NCBI GenBank assembly: GCA_013265495.1
Contig: MU057781.1
Location: 1,240,001-1,304,000 of the forward strand
Direction: 5' to 3'
DNA from: Vicugna vicugna
Taxonomy: Eukaryota
Length of the DNA: 64,000 nucleotides
The notes under the pieces are model-generated. The model did no database searches. It worked only from the letters and a program-made list of their open reading frames with translations, and had not been told where the DNA came from. Shown here in pieces: positions 61,411-64,000 of this stretch. Within the stretch, counting starts at the first letter, position 1. Every line of letters begins with the position of its first letter. The position numbers and the translations under genes were made by a program.

Positions 61411-61600
61411 ATGGGGGAGGCCTCTCCACCCTTGCCCGCCCCACCGCGGTCGCCAGGGGCTCGTCCCCGTGGCCGCTGTTCGGGACCTTGACCTTCCAGA
61501 CGGCCATGGAAGCTGGAGGGGAGAAGGGTGCAACATAATCGGCCGGGCAGGCAGCGCCACCTCCACCCCCTGCTCACACCTCAGTGACTTCTCTGTGCTC
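61411..61600 (+). pseudogene. ADGRA1: Relic GPS exon of ADGRA1 (5' UTR part), frameshifted
   Basis: Branch point ctgac at 61388, pyrimidine tract and cag acceptor at 61408-61410. 61454-61603 reads QGLVPVAAVRDLDLPDGHGSWRGEGCNIIGRAGSATSTPCSHLSDFSVLM, aligning without gaps to recalled ADGRA3 HGADAVAARWDFDLLNGQGGWKSDGCHILYSDENITTIQCYSLSNYAVLM (20/50 identical). The 5' part is in another frame (GGGLSTLARPTAVA). Confidence 0.88.
61506..61538 (+). other. uORF MEAGGEKGAT* in strong Kozak context (gccATGg) within the relic GPS exon
   Basis: atg gaa gct gga ggg gag aag ggt gca aca taa, out of frame with the ATG at 61601. Confidence 0.6.
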
Positions 61601-61603
61601 ATG
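61601..61603 (+). CDS. ADGRA1: Start codon of adhesion G protein-coupled receptor A1 (GPR123); only the ATG is coding in this exon and the rest of the CDS lies beyond the window
   Basis: ctcATG|gtgagt consensus donor directly after the GPS Met. Recalled human ADGRA1 starts MDLKTVL..., which aligns to ADGRA3 AVLM-DLTGS... No DLKTV-like exon was found in 61604-64000, so assignment to ADGRA1 is an inference. Confidence 0.75.
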
Positions 61604-64000
61604 GTGAGTACGTGCGGGGCCGCCCACCCCCGCACGGGCCCCGGGCAGGAGCAGGAACTGCCCCGTGCCAGGCTGCGGGCAGGGGCCGGGGCTCCAGGCT
61701 GCCCTCGCCCAGTGGACCTTCTGCTGGCTGCTCACAGACCATACTAATGAGGTGCCGGCAGGCTGCAGCGTTGACTCACTGGCTTCACGGGAGACGGCGT
61801 CCTGCCCCCACCCCAGGCTGTGACCTGTGAAAGCTTCCTCCGGCCCCGGGCTGGGCGCCTCCCACTCCGGCCCCTAGGCTCCACACGCGGCTGCCCACCG
61901 CAGCCCTGCCGGCCCCTTCCCCCAAAAAGTTGGCTGAACTGATGGCAGGGGATGTGGGTGGGCTTCCGCTGCAGGGACACCGAGCTTGGAGGTCGGGTCT
62001 CTCTCCAGAGAAGGGGGTGCGGCCACCGTGAGCAGCGGGGGGGGCTCGTCCTGAAGGCAGGGGCACTTCCTGTGCTGCCCCCCCGCTTGGATTCCGGAAA
62101 GGCTGACGCCTGTAAATAATGCATTGTGTGTATGCGTGTGTGTGTGAGGGACAGCGGCCAGCGCGTGCGGGGAATGCCGATGGCCGGAGGACAGGGAGGC
62201 CAAGGTGGCCGAGGCTCGGACAACGACGGCGAGTCGCTAGGGCAGATGCGACTCCCCACAAGGAGGGGTTCTGAGTCACCGGTGCATCTTCTTGTTCAAT
62301 TTGAAATGTCAAAACAAGGGAGAAGCTTTTAGCCAGAGGTCAGCGCTGCCCGCAGAGCTGCCCCCCGGCCCGCAGGCTGGGGGCCGGCGCCAGCCTCTCA
62401 GAGGCCTGAGGGTCACGTTCCAGGCACAGCCCAGCTGCACCTCCAGCTCGGTGACCCGAGCCAGCCACCTGTTGCCCCCAGCACGTCCAGGCCTCTGGGG
62501 CAGCCGTGTCCGAGGTTCTGTATCCTCACATTTGGATCCTCGTTTGCAAAATGGGTCCTTGTCACTGGCAGATGAAGGGTGAGCCAGAGGTCAGGGCAGG
62601 GGGCCAGCACGGCCCCTCGGGCCCTGCGCATGTGCGCTGTCCTCCCCAGCATCAGCCCCGTCTCCACCTCCTGTCTGACCCTTTGGCCCTCCCGTGAGAA
62701 CCGCCGGGCGGCCCCGGTTGGGGGCCCTCCTCCTCGAGTCCGTCCCACCCTCTCCCCACCCCGGCCCCCAGCCCACTCCACGCAGGCCCGTCAAGACTGC
62801 GGGAATCAGCTGGGCTACCCTCGCCCGGAGAGTTTGGAATCTCAGCTGTGCGCTGAGCTTTTATTCCTGACAAGTAACACTTACGCTGGAGAGGCTTTCC
62901 GGAAGGACAGAGAATGCCCAGCCTGGCATGTGGGCTGCAGCTCGGCTGCAAGCACTTTCCTGAGCGCGTCTGAGAGTCTGAGGTGTAGACACCTGGGCGG
63001 CTGCCCGTGGCCCTGGGGCACGAGGGGAGGAGAACCAGCAGGGCTGGCTCTGGCCTTGCCACACTCCCACCACCCGCTTGGCCCTGGTGGTGAGCTGCCC
63101 CAACCCCTGTGGTCGGACAAGGCGCCTCCGGCCCCCAGTTGTAAAGACGCCGTGGTCGCCAGCAGGTACGACCAAAGCTGAAACCACGCTGCTCTCTGGG
63201 CGATTTCCTGTGGGACTGCTGGTGCCCCACGCACCTTCTGAACACGCCGCCTGCGTGCCCTCGGCGCCCGCAGGATGGTGAGTTCCCGGCGCCGCCCCGG
63301 GGGGCTGGGGGGCTGCAGCCCCATCTCCAGCGGGTAGATCCCAGGCCTCACACCCCCGCCCACCCGCCCAGCACTGACCACAGCTGCTGTCAGGGGCTGA
63401 CCTGCACGGCTGTTCCCGCGATGGTGCTGCCAGCTGTCAAGTTCAAGCAGGTTCCAAAATGCAAGCGGCTTTGCGCCCCATAGTCTTCTGTGATCCTCAC
63501 TGTCAGCTCAGGGCACAGTGCTCTTCAAGGGAACAAAGTGGCAGGCTCTGGAGTCGGAGGGAAACCCGTCCAAACCCGTGTGCTGTTTCCCTGAGTCGGT
63601 GGTGCCACCACACCTGTCTCGGGAAAGAGGGTGAGCCCACCCGCTCACTCATGCTGGGGCCTCAGTGGCACCATGGCCTCGCTGGTGGCTTTGCTCCGTG
63701 TGGCCCAGGCCCAGGAGGCATGGCCTGACCTCGGTGTGTCAGGGCATCCTTCGCCAGGTCCTGCAGGGCCCGGAACCAGGACAGGGCGCGAGGCCAGGCC
63801 TGCCCCAAAGACAGACATGCACGCTCAGGACGCCGCTGCTCTGCACGGAAGCACCCACGTTCAAAAGGCAAGAGTGGAGTTGAAACCCCGGAGAGACCAG
63901 GGAGGTTGCAGGGCAGAGACTGGAGGCCGGGGCTGTGGGTGGTCTGGGAGGGAGGGAGCCCGCAGGGCGTCGGGGCTCTGTCTGAGCCAGCGGGACCCCA

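Noticed and set aside
61160-61747. 195-aa ORF as an intact GPS-containing protein
   Set aside because: It begins at GTG inside the intron and runs through the donor into intronic sequence. Only 61454-61603 is homologous.
504-63883. Hundreds of six-frame ORFs of 60-520 aa
   Set aside because: They are Pro/Gly/Arg/Ala-rich, overlap on both strands and show no recognisable domains. This is expected from stop-codon scarcity in high-GC DNA. Many start at non-ATG codons.

Overview
This is GC-rich mammalian DNA, not prokaryotic. It is most likely camelid, because it carries two tRNA-Ala-derived Vic-1-type SINEs (3062 and 47966), and it has three assembly gaps. About 60 kb is non-coding: old L1 fossils, a MaLR LTR, a probable ERV1 LTR, MER5/MER53 hAT elements, mini/microsatellites and AT-rich enhancer-like islands. 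Almost all listed ORFs are artefacts of high GC content. The main real signal is at 60.5-61.6 kb. Two spliceable exons (~60571-60744 and 61411-61603) resemble the last GAIN-domain exon and the GPS exon of ADGRA-family adhesion GPCRs (GPR123/124/125). They keep splice sites and the ancestral codon phase (TKI-G|AT-G) but each has a frameshift. The second ends ...CSHLSDFSVL-ATG|gtgagt. I read this as the 5' end of ADGRA1 (GPR123), whose start Met is the last residue of the old Stachel, with fossil ectodomain exons reused as a uORF-rich 5' UTR. The remaining coding exons would lie beyond the window. Paralog and repeat-consensus comparisons are from recalled sequences, not database searches, and need confirming.
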